Source: a virus
Virus record (IMG/VR): IMGVR_UViG_2597490295_000013
Coordinates: 85,285 to 127,832 of that record
DNA: 42,548 nt
Strand: one strand, 5' to 3'
The notes under the pieces are model-generated. The model saw only the letters and a list, made by a program, of their open reading frames with translations, made no database searches and was not told where the DNA came from. Below are positions 1 through 11,741 of this stretch, piece after piece. The number at the start of each line of letters is the position of its first letter. Position 1 is the stretch's first letter. A program made the translations under genes and the position numbers.

Positions 1-251
1 CTAATTTTTTTAACATCTATTATTTTGTTTTTTTCAAAAGCTCCTAATAAAGCTTGTTCTAATTTAAAATCATCAAAGGAAGTTACAGTTTCTAATGCCA
101 TTATAACCGCAGTTAATTCCATTCTATTATTTGTTGTTTTCTTTTCATACCCCATATATCCGATATCATCAATACAAAATCCCCATCCACCTTCTCAAGT
201 TCCATTTTGAGAACATGCTCCATCTGTATAAATTTCTATTATATTATTCAT
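1..251 (-). CDS. rnhA: Ribonuclease HI (partial, runs off window start; one in-frame TGA at 195-197)
   Basis: Manual translation MNNIIEIYTDGACSQNGT(W)EGGWG...TTNNRMELTAVI matches RNase HI motifs. ATG overlaps the upstream gene's TAA. Missing from the ORF track because of the TGA. Confidence 0.85.
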
Positions 252-1372
252 TAATCCTCCAATACTATGATTACATTTTGTTTTGCTCTTGTTATTGCTG
301 TATATAATTGTCTTGCATGATTTTTTCTATATGACATTTCATCGAAAATAATAATATTATTAAATTCGCTACCTTGTGCTTTATATACAGTTATTGCTCA
401 ACCGTATTCAAAGTGATTAACTCCTTGTCTGTCATGTTTAAATTTTTTCCCATTAAAAGGATTCCCACTAACTCTTAATCCAGAATAAGTATCTTTTCTA
501 TTAAAGGTTGGTGAAAAATAAAGATCGAATAAATTATTAAATCCTATTACTGCACTATTGTTTGCGTACCCTATCATTCCATTAATTAAAGGCACATCGC
601 TTAACCGGCTACCAATAGTTCAATCATTTTTTATACAAACTAATTTGTCTCCTTTTACAGGATATTTTGATTTACGTTTTAGGATTTGTTCTCTAAAATA
701 ATTATTTATATTATGTCTAGTTACGTTTTTACCGCATATAATTTGATCTGCGGCTTCCATTGATTCAACTCGTAATATATCTCTTTTAATTACTGCAACA
801 TTTTTTCCTCTAAATGGCTTAAGAATTTTACCTTCTCTTATTTGCATACTCCAATATATAATTTCGCTATCTCTTGATTGTCTATGAATCTCATTTAAAA
901 AGACATGTGGACTATTCAGCAATCCATTATCATCTCCTTCAACAGGAGGTAATTGGAATGGATCTCCTAATCCTATAACTTGAATTTTATAAGATGCGAG
1001 GTCTTTAAGCAATTTTTCAGGAACCATTGATATCTCATCAATTACGATAAGTTTTATTCCTGGATCTAGTCTTGTCTTCCGATTAAATGTAATTTCACCT
1101 GTTCTTTTATTCTTCCTTGTTTCATAAATTAATCTATGAATAGTAGTAGCAGGCAATCCTCGGTCTCTAAGAACGAGGCTTGCTCTACCTGTGTAAGAAA
1201 CAAAAACAGTGTTTTGCATAAGATTCATCTCTTCTATAATATAGCGAATTAACGTAGTCTTCCCTGTTCCAGCAAAACCGGCGACGATAGTAACACGTTC
1301 TCGCGCATCTAACCGTTTAATAACAGTTCTCATTGCATTTTTTTGTTGTCCTGTTAATACTATATCAGTCAT
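251..1372 (-). CDS. RecD/Dda-like SF1 DNA helicase, 373 aa (TGA=Trp at 620-622 and 398-400)
   Basis: Walker A GFAGTGKT, DEISM, GDPFQLPPV. Reading through TGA joins ORFs 620..1372 and 398..595 and gives C-terminal motifs FEYG(W)AITVYKAQGSEF and LYTAITRAK, ending at TAA 251-253. Confidence 0.9.
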
Positions 1373-1391
1373 TATTTACTCCTATTTTATA

Positions 1392-1568
1392 TTATTTACT
1401 TATTTCTTCTTTATAAAGTATCGCTTTTATCATAGCATCATATAAAGTCTTGCCATAAAAAGTCCCTTGATTAGTTACAACTCTAGCAATTCCTTTTCCT
1501 TGAGAAAAGAATATTAAATCATTTTCTAATGCTTTCATTGTTATCATTAATTTTTTTGGTATATTCAT
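1392..1568 (-). CDS. Hypothetical protein, 58 aa
   Basis: AGGAG RBS, ATG at 1568, TAA at 1392. Fills the intergenic gap. Confidence 0.55.
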   Translation of the reverse strand: MNIPKKLMITMKALENDLIFFSQGKGIARVVTNQGTFYGKTLYDAMIKAILYKEEISK

Positions 1569-1579
1569 AATTTTCTCCT

Positions 1580-3313
1580 TTAAAATAAGTCTCTTGCTTT
1601 TACTATCGCTTTTTCATAATCTGTTATCATAATTTGATAACTTATGTCATCATTCCAAATGTTCTCATTTGCTCTACCAATAACATTAATATATTTCATT
1701 TGTTTTAATTCTTCTACTTTTTCTTTCGTAGTTGTAAATATGATGAAATTAACGTCTTCTACTTTAATTTTTATACTTGGTTTATCAGGATTTTTACCCA
1801 TGATAGTTAGACTTCTTTCTGTTACTCTTATATTTTTAATTAATATATAAGGTTCTTCAAAACCTTTTGAGTAATGATTACTAAATGAAGCTATTTGCGC
1901 TATTACGTCTGCGTTAATTTGATTTGATGTATATTCTAAATCGATTTTATAATTATTACTGAAACTATATTTTTCTAAATCTTTGTTAGATTGTTCAATA
2001 AATTTTTCAAGATTTTCATCTTTGATTGCCGCACCAAAAGCGCCCTGATGTCCTTCTGCATATTCAAATAAATTTGTACTATTAAGGTAATCTTTGAAAT
2101 TTTTAAAATCTGATTGGTTAATACCTCTTCCACTACCAGACCATAAATTCGTTTCTTTATTTTTACTTAATACCAAAGTTGGTTTCTTAAAAGCTGATGC
2201 TAACTGCATAGCAATTAATCCTTTTAAAGTATCAGCCACTCTAAAGGCTTTACCAATAATGATTTTATTTTTATCCATTCCATTTTTTGTAATTTTTAAA
2301 TGTAATTTAACCATACCTTCATTTTTAAGAACATCTTGCTTTCGTTTTACCGCCGCACATATTTTCAATGCTTTATCAGCATAAGAGACTGTATTCCCAA
2401 ATCCTTCATCTTCTTGTTCTATTTCATCTCCCTTAATCATAGCTAAAAACATTGCTTCTTTTTGCTCTTGGCTCCCCGTTCTAACCATTGCATTAATTAA
2501 CGGAGCAATATAAAATGAAATTTTCATTGGAGAAATATCTCCACTTAACTTATATTGATTGCCTGCTATTATAGTTCTTAAAAAAGGATTGTGAATATTA
2601 GCCATTCCTTCTTGAACATAATACATTGTTTCTAAATTACTAACATCACTAACGTCTGCGATTATTCCAACAGCAACTAAATCTAAGAAGTGAGGAGCTA
2701 TCATGCCAACATTGTATCTATAGTCTTCTTCTACTTTAGGCACTATAGCTTCAAGTGCTTGGAATACTTTATAAACTATTCCAACTCCACTTAAGCTTTT
2801 ATTAGGATATCCAAATTGATTATTTACAACTATGGCATGCTCACTTAAATGATCTGCTTCATGGTGATCCATTACGATAATTGTTTTTCCTTGTTCATTT
2901 AATTCTCTATGTTCTTCAAAATCATTAGAACTAGCATCTGGGATTATAACTAATGTACATTCTTCTGGTACTGTCTCTACTATAATCCCATGTTGTTTTC
3001 CTTCATGCATTCTATAAATTATATTTTCTTCTTTTGCTCCGAAATGTACCAACATCATTCAAGCTAATGCTGCGCTTGTATAGCCATCTGCATCTGAGTC
3101 AACTTGTAAGAATATCTTTTCTTCATTCTTGATAGCTTCAATGATTCTCTCTGCACATTCTATAATATTTGGCAATAACCTAAAATCATGTTCTACTTCT
3201 TGTGTTGGATGCAATAACATTTCCATCGTTTCAAATGGTATCCCTCTATTATTAAAAATAGTTTCTAATGGTTTTGTAAAATCAGCATCTTTGTTAATTA
3301 TTTCATATAGCAT
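1580..3313 (-). CDS. recJ: RecJ-like DHH single-stranded DNA exonuclease (TGA at 3059-3061)
   Basis: DSDADG motif in 3059..3313 is contiguous and in frame with DHH, DLVAVG, GSGRG and GHQGAFG motifs in 1580..3058. Confidence 0.9.
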
Positions 3314-3315
3314 AA

Positions 3316-4449
3316 CTATTCCTTTCTCTTTATGGATTCTTTTACTAATTTTGAGAAAATATATTCTCCTTTATCTGTTGGACTATCTTTATATTCTAAC
3401 AACCCACTTCTATCTTCTATTATATAAACATTAAAATAATTTATTAATTTATCTTTCATTTGTTTTATTTTTAAACTGTATTCTGATAAATATTTATTAT
3501 CTTCATATTTATTATATTCCTTATCTAATGCCAAATAAACATCTTCGACTCCTAAATCTAATAATAATTGTACGTGCGCGTCGAATAAATTGCTGCCTCC
3601 TAATGCCAGTCCAATATTATTATTAGGATAGAAAGACTCTAGCTGTAATACAGATTTTTCAGCTTCAAAAATTACTGCTTTTTTCAACTTTCGAATAGTA
3701 AATTGATTTTGAAAAATTCCATACATTGATGAGTGCATAGGAAATGTTAAGTATTCTCCACAATGCTTCATCGGCATATATTTTATTTTATTTTTTATAT
3801 CTATTTCTCTTAAAGTTCTACCTCTGACTCCAATTAAATAACCATTTATATCAAAGTAAGGTATTGTAATTCTTTCAGTTGTGATATGCAAACCTATATT
3901 AAATTTTTTCATTGCTTCTATTGATATTCCTTCATTAATCCAACCTGTATAATAAATTTCTCTATATAATTTTAAATAAGTTTTTAAGTAATACTTCAAT
4001 TCTTGTTCAGGTTCTTCGGAATTGTTCTTTAATATCTTTAATTGTCTATTTATAAATCCTCAATCTTCAGCAGTAGAATTTTCTACATCTATTAAGAAAG
4101 TGCTATCTTCTATAAGATCGAAAGCTTTTCCTGTTTTCTCTACTACATAATTAACACAATCATTTAACTCTCATTCATAACCTTTTTGTATATATATAGC
4201 TTTCTCAATTAATTCAAATATGTCAATAAAACTTTCACCACATCCAGTATAGCATCTAAATAATTTTGTATTATCATAATAATACAATTTGAAACTATTA
4301 TTTTGGTTTGGTAAGTTATGACATATAGTTTGAAATTTAGGATTCCCATTCCTATCAGTAAGAGGTGCTGCGCTACCAAGTTCAATTAATAGTTTAGTTA
4401 TTTCTTCGATAGTTAGACTTTGTTTTATAAAATCTTTATCTAAATACAT
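3316..4449 (-). CDS. DNA primase, Zn finger plus TOPRIM (TGA at 4171-4173 and 4060-4062)
   Basis: TICHN...FRCYTGCG zinc-binding N-terminus reads in frame through two TGAs into the TOPRIM region (IFEAEKS, LALDKE). Strong RBS before ATG at 4449. Confidence 0.85.
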
Positions 4450-4468
4450 TGGTAGCTTCCTCCTTCCT

Positions 4469-6028
4469 TTAGAAGTCGTCTTCAGTATCTTCGCTGACAT
4501 CAAAAGCTGTTAATTTAGGAATCTTAATTTTAAAGTTTTCAATAGGTTTCGACCGCAGATCAGTAACTATTACATCTTGCATTTTACAAGTTCCTAAATC
4601 AGATTTAGCTCAAATTTTTATTCCCTTATACTTGCTACCTCTATTTTTATAAAGTGTAGTAACCATATCAGGTCTAGGTATATTATATTGTTCAACAAAT
4701 ATATCAGCGAAATCCTCTTCTTCTTCATTTAATGGAAGGCATATGGCTCCAACGTCGAGCTTGTCCCCCATCGATTTCGCGCCGCGGAGGGCATTTACAG
4801 TTTGTACTTTCCTGTCTTCTCAAGAGCCATTTAATTGACTTGCGGTTTGAATGAAAATATTTAATTCATAACTTAAATCTTTCAACATTACAGTAAATAA
4901 AAATAAGATTGTATCTTCTCTTAATTTCATTCCTGTTTTTGAACTTGATTCAAATAATAATTTTGGTGTAGAATGTATATAGTCAAAGAAGATATAATCA
5001 ATTACTTTTTTCACTTTATTTTCATTATACATTGAATGTAATTTTCTTATAATAGCTTCTATGTCATCTGAATCAAAATTAGAAATATAAGCAATTTCTA
5101 ATGTACTTTCTTTTACTATTTTTGCTGCTTTTGCTAATAATTCATCTTCAAAATCATTAGTTTCACCATCTTTAATAATATCTTCATTTATTCCAGTAAT
5201 CCATGCTAGTATCATCGTTTGAATTTCAGATAATTCCATTTCTGTAGTAATGAATCCAACTCCAACAGTATTTTCATTTTTTATCCAAGATTGTGTTTTT
5301 GAATCGTAATATTCAGTTATAGCTAAATTACAAGCATCTCCAACTGCAAACCGTGTTTTACCCACTCCGCTTGCAGCGCTACGCATGTATAGTCTTCTCT
5401 TTCTTGCGCCACGAATTGCACTGTTATACATAAGACCTTGAAGAGCTAATCCTATATCAGGACTTTCTTTAAGTTGCTTTAATAAATCTTCAATTCCAAT
5501 ATCAGCACTATTAATTTCATATGTACTATTAATTTCAAATTCAACTTTTATTTCTGATACTATTTTGTCAAGTCTTCCTGTTAAATCCGCTAATGTTAAT
5601 GAATCAAATTCTTTTTGTCTATTTTTATTATGAGCAAGTCCGTCTACTCCTAAGAATAGTTCCGTATTTGCCATTCCTCTTAAAGTAAGATAATTTATAA
5701 AAGAATATTTTTTAATTCTTTCATAGTAATAATTAAAGTTATCTTCTTCTGCTAATTTAATAGCACTATTTATATAAGGAACTCCATCTTGATTATTGAA
5801 TATTTCATATTGTTCTTTATATGATGATAAAAAGTTATCTATTGCAATTCCATCTACTGTTCCAAATCTTCCCATAATATGAAGATTATTTATTGCGCCA
5901 AATAGGATTCTATAGAATCTTTCACCGAAGTCTTCTTCTCTAAGAGAATATTTTTTTTCGTTTAGAAGCTTTGGATTTTTTGCTAAACTCCCTAAGACTT
6001 GTAATATTGCTCTTTTATCTATTAACAC
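4469..6028 (-). CDS. dnaB: DnaB-like replicative helicase, 519 aa (TGA at 4820-4822 and 4610-4612)
   Basis: SAASGVGKT, FITTEM, FFDYI, TASQLNGS(W), then LRGAKSMGDKLD and KNRG...KI(W)AKSDLGT only appear after TGA read-through. Confidence 0.88.
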
Positions 6029-6523
6029 TATAAGCCTCCTATATCAATTAATTTTTTATTTTTCTCAATGCATTTTTTTGTAGATATTTTAACTTCTACA
6101 ATTTCAAAATTTAATTCTTTAGATTCTCAAATGTCCATTTTTTTCTTATAAAATTCTTTAGCTCTTTCATAAAAATAAGGTACAATACCAATTCCTCCAT
6201 TGGCTTTTTGTTTATCCATTTTTTCTATTCTATAAATATAATCTAATGTTAATTCAATCCCTTTATAAGTATATTTATATTCTTCCATAATTTCATTTAT
6301 TTGTTTTCTTACTCTTGGAACTACATACTCATATCCAAATAGTTCGCACATGAACAAGTAAAGGCTGTCTCTATCTGAAACCAATTCCATTTTTGCTTTT
6401 TCTGTCCCCTCATAACATTCTTTATGGAAGTATCTTTTCTTTTTTTCATCGTAAATGTGAGCCGTTTCACTGCGTCTAAAAAATTCTCCACAGCTAGGGA
6501 CATTTAACTGGTCTGTCAGACAT
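6028..6523 (-). CDS. Zn-finger protein upstream of the helicase (possible helicase partner); needs a +1 shift at about 6497 and TGA read-through at 6127
   Basis: GGAGG RBS + ATG 6523 gives MSDRPVKCP then TAG. The +1 frame continues SCGEFF...FHKECYEG into ORF 6127..6390 (GIGIVPY) and on to TAG at 6028-6030. Confidence 0.65.
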
Positions 6524-6544
6524 TCTATACCTCCTTAATGTAAA

Positions 6545-6575
6545 ATAAGAGGTATTATTTAAAACACCTCTTTTA
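6545..6575 (-). terminator. Probable intrinsic terminator
   Basis: AAGAGGT/ACCTCTT hairpin followed by a T-rich tract on the minus strand, downstream of the ATPase gene. Confidence 0.5.
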
Positions 6576-6578
6576 TGC

Positions 6579-7550
6579 TTATAATTTATTAACCGCTTCA
6601 TTAATTAAACGAACAAGATCAACTTGCTTTTGAGTACAATTTCTAATATTTCTTTCTGGTCCTAGAATGTCAAGAATTATATCTGAAATTCCTATTTGAT
6701 AGTCTTTATCTTTTTCCATTAACTTATCAGCCATTTCATAGAATTTTTCAAGTTCATCTTCTATTAAAAATTCTTCTTCTTCTACAATATAATGATTTTC
6801 TCGTTCTGTCGCTAAAGTAGCGCCATTCGCTTCAAGCTTATCAATGGCATTCCCAATATCTTGAACAAGATTTTTATAAGAAAATTCTATAAAATCTGAA
6901 GTATAAGCAAATCTTGAACCAGCTTCATACCGAGAAGTTCCTCTCATAAATAAGTATGTTTTTTCTTCTCCTGATTCAGGATCTTTAGCGATTCTAGTAT
7001 ATCCTATAATATCACTCATCCTATTTATAACTTTTCTTCCTCTTTTTTCAAGAGTAGGAATAATTTTATTATATTCTTCTCCATTTTCATCTTCCATTGT
7101 TTTATCTTGAGAGTGTGAAATAAATATTAATCCATATCCCAATTGAACAATTTTTCTCATTGCTTTATCAAATTCTTTTTCAACCATACCGTATCCTTGA
7201 CCGTAAGGAATTTCTTTATATTCTGTAACTCCTTCTTTATTGAAAATAAATTGTTCTGCATATAAATAAGCCAAATCTGCTGTATCAACTATTATATATT
7301 CATATTTTTCTTTCGCTGCTTTTGTCTCTAGCTGCATTAAAATTTCTTTAAATTCCATCCATTTATTTATAGGTTGCGCTATAACTCCAGGCAAAGCATT
7401 GAATCCTTTCTCAAATGCAAGAATAAGGGAATTAGAAAATTGAGAAGCGATTGTTGTTTTCCCAGTTTTTGGAGATCCATAAAAGAACAGAATATATCCA
7501 GCTAAGTCTCTAGAGATTTCATGTGGCATTATATTTAAAATATCTATCAT
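6579..7550 (-). CDS. AAA_24 / Sak4-like ATPase (phage recombination or annealing protein)
   Basis: YGSPKTGKTT Walker A, IIVDT Walker B, FISHS, AGSR motif. Adjacent to SSB. Confidence 0.8.
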   Translation of the reverse strand: MIDILNIMPHEISRDLAGYILFFYGSPKTGKTTIASQFSNSLILAFEKGFNALPGVIAQPINKWMEFKEILMQLETKAAKEKYEYIIVDTADLAYLYAEQFIFNKEGVTEYKEIPYGQGYGMVEKEFDKAMRKIVQLGYGLIFISHSQDKTMEDENGEEYNKIIPTLEKRGRKVINRMSDIIGYTRIAKDPESGEEKTYLFMRGTSRYEAGSRFAYTSDFIEFSYKNLVQDIGNAIDKLEANGATLATERENHYIVEEEEFLIEDELEKFYEMADKLMEKDKDYQIGISDIILDILGPERNIRNCTQKQVDLVRLINEAVNKL

Positions 7551-7585
7551 ATATTATCCTCCTTAGATAAGATAGTTCCCATTAA

Positions 7586-8476
7586 TTAAAATGGGAATCC
7601 GTCTTTATTTCCAGTTTTAGTTTCAGTTTCTTTATTTGGAGTAGGAGCAGAGTTAGGAGCACTATTTTTTGAATTCATTTTAGCTACTTTCTTTGCTTTT
7701 TCTCCTTCAAGGAAAATATTTCTATTTTGCATAATTTTTTGAATAGCTTCTTGACTATAATCATTTTCATCATAAGGTTGTGTTCCCGCTGTAATGATAA
7801 AATCTTTTGTAACTTTATCAAAAATTTTTACGATATCATCACCAAAAGCTGATTCTGTAACTTTTTTAATTTTTTCAGTTGTATAAATAATATCTCCATT
7901 AACTTTTACTGTTTTACCTGAAGCATAGTAAGTTTTTATATAAGCAATAGCTTTTTCTTTTGCAACAACAAATTTTACAGGAAGTGCTGTTTCTGCATAA
8001 TTAACTCCTACAATTTCAACAACTAATCTATCAGTTTCTTGATCATTTTTAATTTCATCATAAACTTTTCTTACAATTCCTTCAAATTCAAATTTAGCTT
8101 CTTCTATATAGTTTTTTGTAGATTTTTTACAAAAGTTGCATTTTAATTCTGAATAAGAAATAAGTTCTAGGTCATCCGTATAAAAATCTCTACCTGAAAT
8201 TGCTCCGCCAGTCATATTAACTTTAACTCCTTCTCCATCTGTAGCTACTGATGGGAAAAGCATAAGTTTCTTTAAAGAGATAAAAATTTTATTTAAACCG
8301 CCATCTTTTTTAATTTCTTTTGAAAAGAAGTTAACAGGAATATCAGAGTCGCCTACACGAACTACCAAAGTTCCAGAGATGAATGTTCCTAATTTTTCAT
8401 TTTGTGCTTGTTCTAAATTGTTTTCTAATAAAATACCTTGAACATTTATTTTATTTAAAGATTCTTTTATAGCCAT
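7586..8476 (-). CDS. Putative single-stranded DNA-binding protein
   Basis: Two OB-fold-like beta-rich halves, low-complexity tail ending DGFPF, located in the replication module. Confidence 0.65.
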   Translation of the reverse strand: MAIKESLNKINVQGILLENNLEQAQNEKLGTFISGTLVVRVGDSDIPVNFFSKEIKKDGGLNKIFISLKKLMLFPSVATDGEGVKVNMTGGAISGRDFYTDDLELISYSELKCNFCKKSTKNYIEEAKFEFEGIVRKVYDEIKNDQETDRLVVEIVGVNYAETALPVKFVVAKEKAIAYIKTYYASGKTVKVNGDIIYTTEKIKKVTESAFGDDIVKIFDKVTKDFIITAGTQPYDENDYSQEAIQKIMQNRNIFLEGEKAKKVAKMNSKNSAPNSAPTPNKETETKTGNKDGFPF

Positions 8477-8865
8477 TATTTTTCCTCCTGATTTTTAATT
8501 TCTAGTTTTTTTCCATCTTCTGTTATTTGGTATTTATTTCCGTCATTAGAGGAAATTTTTATTACCAATCCATCTCCAATCAATTTTCTCATTGAACCAG
8601 CAACGGATTTACTTGTGTATCCTATCTGTGCTGCTATTTCTCTCGCGGATAAAGGATATTCTGAATTTAACTTTAAAAAATCTAATATCAATGCACCATT
8701 TTCTGTTAAAGTAATAGTATCATTTTCTTTTTCAAATTTTTCAATTACTTTTTTTACATATACAATATTATCATCAATTTCAAATTCAAATTTTTCCATT
8801 ATTTTTTTCAACGCTTTTATTAATTTTCTGTCTATTTTCAATATTTCACCCTTTCTTTTTTTCAA
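8476..8865 (-). CDS. Winged-helix DNA-binding protein
   Basis: LSAREIAAQIGYTSKSVAGSMRKLIGDGLV...YQITEDG wHTH pattern. Confidence 0.7.
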   Translation of the reverse strand: MKKRKGEILKIDRKLIKALKKIMEKFEFEIDDNIVYVKKVIEKFEKENDTITLTENGALILDFLKLNSEYPLSAREIAAQIGYTSKSVAGSMRKLIGDGLVIKISSNDGNKYQITEDGKKLEIKNQEEK

Positions 8866-8876
8866 CGTCTACCTAT

Positions 8877-8905
8877 ATTATATCATTTTTTTTAAGATAG
8901 GTCAA
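8877..8905 (-). promoter_or_regulatory. SigmaA-type promoter
   Basis: TTGACC-17-TATAAT with extended TG. Confidence 0.6.
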
Positions 8906-8908
8906 ATA

Positions 8909-9421
8909 TTATTGCTCTTTTCTGCGAACAAGGGTTAAAAAAGATAAGCTGAAATCATCTTTTCTTTCCTGGACATACTGGTTTTGCAGTATGAAATCAT
9001 TATTATCAATTATTGGAAAAAAAATATCTGCTTTTTCAAAAGTTGTATTAAAGATAGTTAATTCAATTACATCCGCATATTGATAAAATTGTTTATATAC
9101 ACTTGCTCCACCAATAATGTAAACATCTTCAAATTTACTCATTGTTAATACAAAATTTATATCATCTGTTATTGTATCAAAATCTGTAAGTCCTTCAACT
9201 TCTTTTCTATTGCTTCTAGTTAATATTACATTATGTCTACCACTTAATCTATGAGAACCATTTTTCATTGGTAAACTATACCAAGTTGTATCTCCCATAA
9301 CTATTGAATGATCCATTGTTAATTTTTTAAAGTGCTTCATATCTTCTGGTATATTAGCTAAAAGTTCTCCTTGATATCCGAGTCCATTATTTAAATCAAC
9401 GGCTGCTATTAAAATAATCAT
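8909..9421 (-). CDS. folA: Dihydrofolate reductase
   Basis: IAAVD, PEDMKHFKKLT, VMG, RHNVILT, YIIGGA, ADIFFP. Confidence 0.92.
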   Translation of the reverse strand: MIILIAAVDLNNGLGYQGELLANIPEDMKHFKKLTMDHSIVMGDTTWYSLPMKNGSHRLSGRHNVILTRSNRKEVEGLTDFDTITDDINFVLTMSKFEDVYIIGGASVYKQFYQYADVIELTIFNTTFEKADIFFPIIDNNDFILQNQYVQERKDDFSLSFLTLVRRKEQ

Positions 9422-10284
9422 TATATAGCCACCTCAAATTTAGGCAATCTGCACATTGGGTCATAGTCTATCATTTCAAAATCATCAATAGTAAAATCAT
9501 AAAAATTATCTGATTTAGGGTTAAATACTAACCTAGCAGTAAGATCTTTTATTGTCCCATCTGCAATTTCTTTCTCTAAAGATAGGAATCTCATCAATAT
9601 TGTTTTTGCCGCATCAACATGCCTATCATAGATATGTAAATTATCTACGACATGCACAAATTTTCCTGGTTGTAGCCCAACAGCTTTAGCTATCATCATC
9701 ATGAGTGCAACATACTGGACCTTGTTGATATGTCCGGCTACCATATAGTCGTTAGAACGTTGTGTTAATTTCATATCTAGGTATCCATCATCTCGCACCA
9801 TTCAAGTTGTAGAATAAGCGCAAGGAAAAAGTCCTTTTGTTTCTTCTAAATCAGCATATTGATACATGTTCATTATATGTCTACGTCCCATTGGTGATTC
9901 TTTTAAATTTTTTATTAATTTATCAATTAATCCATATTTTTTAATTGTTGCTCCATATCGTTGCCCTATTGTACCATTTCCTATATCTCAATCATCCCAC
10001 CAACGAATCCCATATTTATTTCTCAATAATGCTAAATCATTTGATTGATCTTGATATATCCATAAAATTTCTTTTATACCATTCTTCCAAGGAATCGGTC
10101 TTAATCTAGTTATTGGGAATTCATTTTTAGAAATATCATATTCTTCAACAATAAAAGTTGTATAAATAGTATGAGCAGGACTACCATCATGTCAAACAGG
10201 TCTAACTTCAAATTTTTCAGTTGTATAACCTTTATTCAACAAAATCATAATGTTATGAGCAAATATTCTTTCTTGCATTAACAT
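9421..10284 (-). CDS. thyA: Thymidylate synthase, 287 aa (TGA at 10192, 9988, 9802)
   Basis: VRPV(W)[14 protein letters not shown](W)[12 protein letters not shown], catalytic FPCAYSTT(W), TQRSND, LHIYDRH. Confidence 0.92.
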
Positions 10285-10307
10285 AAAATTTTACTCCTTT
10301 ACATATA

Positions 10308-10341
10308 CAAAGAAAGAAGATTGTTTTAAAATCTTCTTTCT
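10308..10341 (-). terminator. Probable intrinsic terminator
   Basis: AGAAAGAAGATT/AATCTTCTTTCT inverted repeat after the 85 aa gene. Confidence 0.45.
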
Positions 10342-10355
10342 ACTGGTATTACTGA

Positions 10356-10613
10356 TTATTCTAATGCTGCAACGTCAACTGCTAATCCTTCATCATTAAG
10401 TTTTAAGAACTTAATAGTTTTATCAGCACCATCAATTTTAACAGTTGCTTCTACTCTATAACCCCAACCTTTTTTAACGAAAGAATTGAAAGATCCAATT
10501 ACTTGTCTAGGTCCTAATTCTAAAGCTTCTGCTACTTCGTTATGAGTCATATCTTCTGACGCATTTTCTTGTAAGAACGAAAGTATTCTTTTGGTATTTT
10601 CCTTCATAGCCAT
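10356..10613 (-). CDS. Small winged-helix DNA-binding protein
   Basis: MTHNEVAEALELGPRQVIGSFNSFVKKGW HTH pattern; RBS AAGGAG. Confidence 0.65.
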   Translation of the reverse strand: MAMKENTKRILSFLQENASEDMTHNEVAEALELGPRQVIGSFNSFVKKGWGYRVEATVKIDGADKTIKFLKLNDEGLAVDVAALE

Positions 10614-10824
10614 GTTATTTCTCCTTAATTTTGTTGTTTAATAACCTATTCTATTTTTGGTTATTTTTTAAATCCTAACTCTATTATACATTATTTTTCT
10701 AGAAAGGACAATTAATGAAGCTAATAATTTTTATATCTATAATTTCTTCTTTTATTAACCTTTCTATATATATTATAACATTTTTTTCCAGAAACTACAA
10801 TATTTGTAGTTAAATATTTTCAAC

Positions 10825-11730
10825 TTAATCTATATACTTTCATTTATACCCATAGGCAGTTTTTCTTTTACCTTTGCAAACTTGACTTATATGAGAACTT
10901 TTATTTATATTGCCTAATTTTCTAGCTGCATCACTGATGCTATCATAAAATTCTAATATTTTTAATGTATTTTTATCTAACTTAACAACTCTTTTAGGTT
11001 TACTAATATTAGTATCAATACCATTTTTATTTAATATATCTCTTATAGTTTTTTCACAACATTCAAAATATTTGGCAGTTTTATTTACAAATTTTAATTC
11101 TTTATATTTTACAATAATTTCTTTTTCAGTATATTTAAGACGGTAATCTGTTTTGATATTGCTTCTTTTTAATACTTCTCTTATAGTATCTTTGCAACAA
11201 TCAAAATACTCTGCTGTTTTTTTAAGATATTTTAATTCTGCATATTTTTCAATAACTTCTTCATCAGAATAATTAAAATAATGAGCATGTTTTATCCTAA
11301 TGCTATTTCTTTTTAATATAGAACATATTGTATTCCTACAACAATTAAAGTATTCAGCAGTTTTATGAATATATTCTAATTCTTTATATTTTTCAATAAC
11401 TTCTTTGTCAGAGTATGAAAAAGTTTTTACTCCTTCTCCACCTAAAGTAGCATTATATCCATTGTGATAACTATTATATTTAGCAATAAACTCAATTTCC
11501 ATTTCTTCTAATAGTCCTTCTTCATACTTTCCAATTTCTTCAACTATAAAATTTTCAATTCCATATTTATTTATTGCTAAATATAAAGGCTGTGTTTTAC
11601 ATTTATTTCTTTTTGAACTATTAATATGCTGTTTAAACCTATTTTCAATGGTGTGATAAGTTTTGCCGATATAAACTTTACTATTTATTTTATTGGCAAT
11701 CTTATAGATATATCCTACTTTTTTCTCCAT
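10825..11730 (-). CDS. Free-standing GIY-YIG homing endonuclease with repeated HTH modules and a NUMOD1-like end (TGA at 10840)
   Basis: GYIYKI...VYIGKT, GYNATLGG, three repeats of KTAEYFxCC, terminal TAYGYK(W)KYID. Confidence 0.88.
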
Positions 11731-11741
11731 AATAAAATCTC

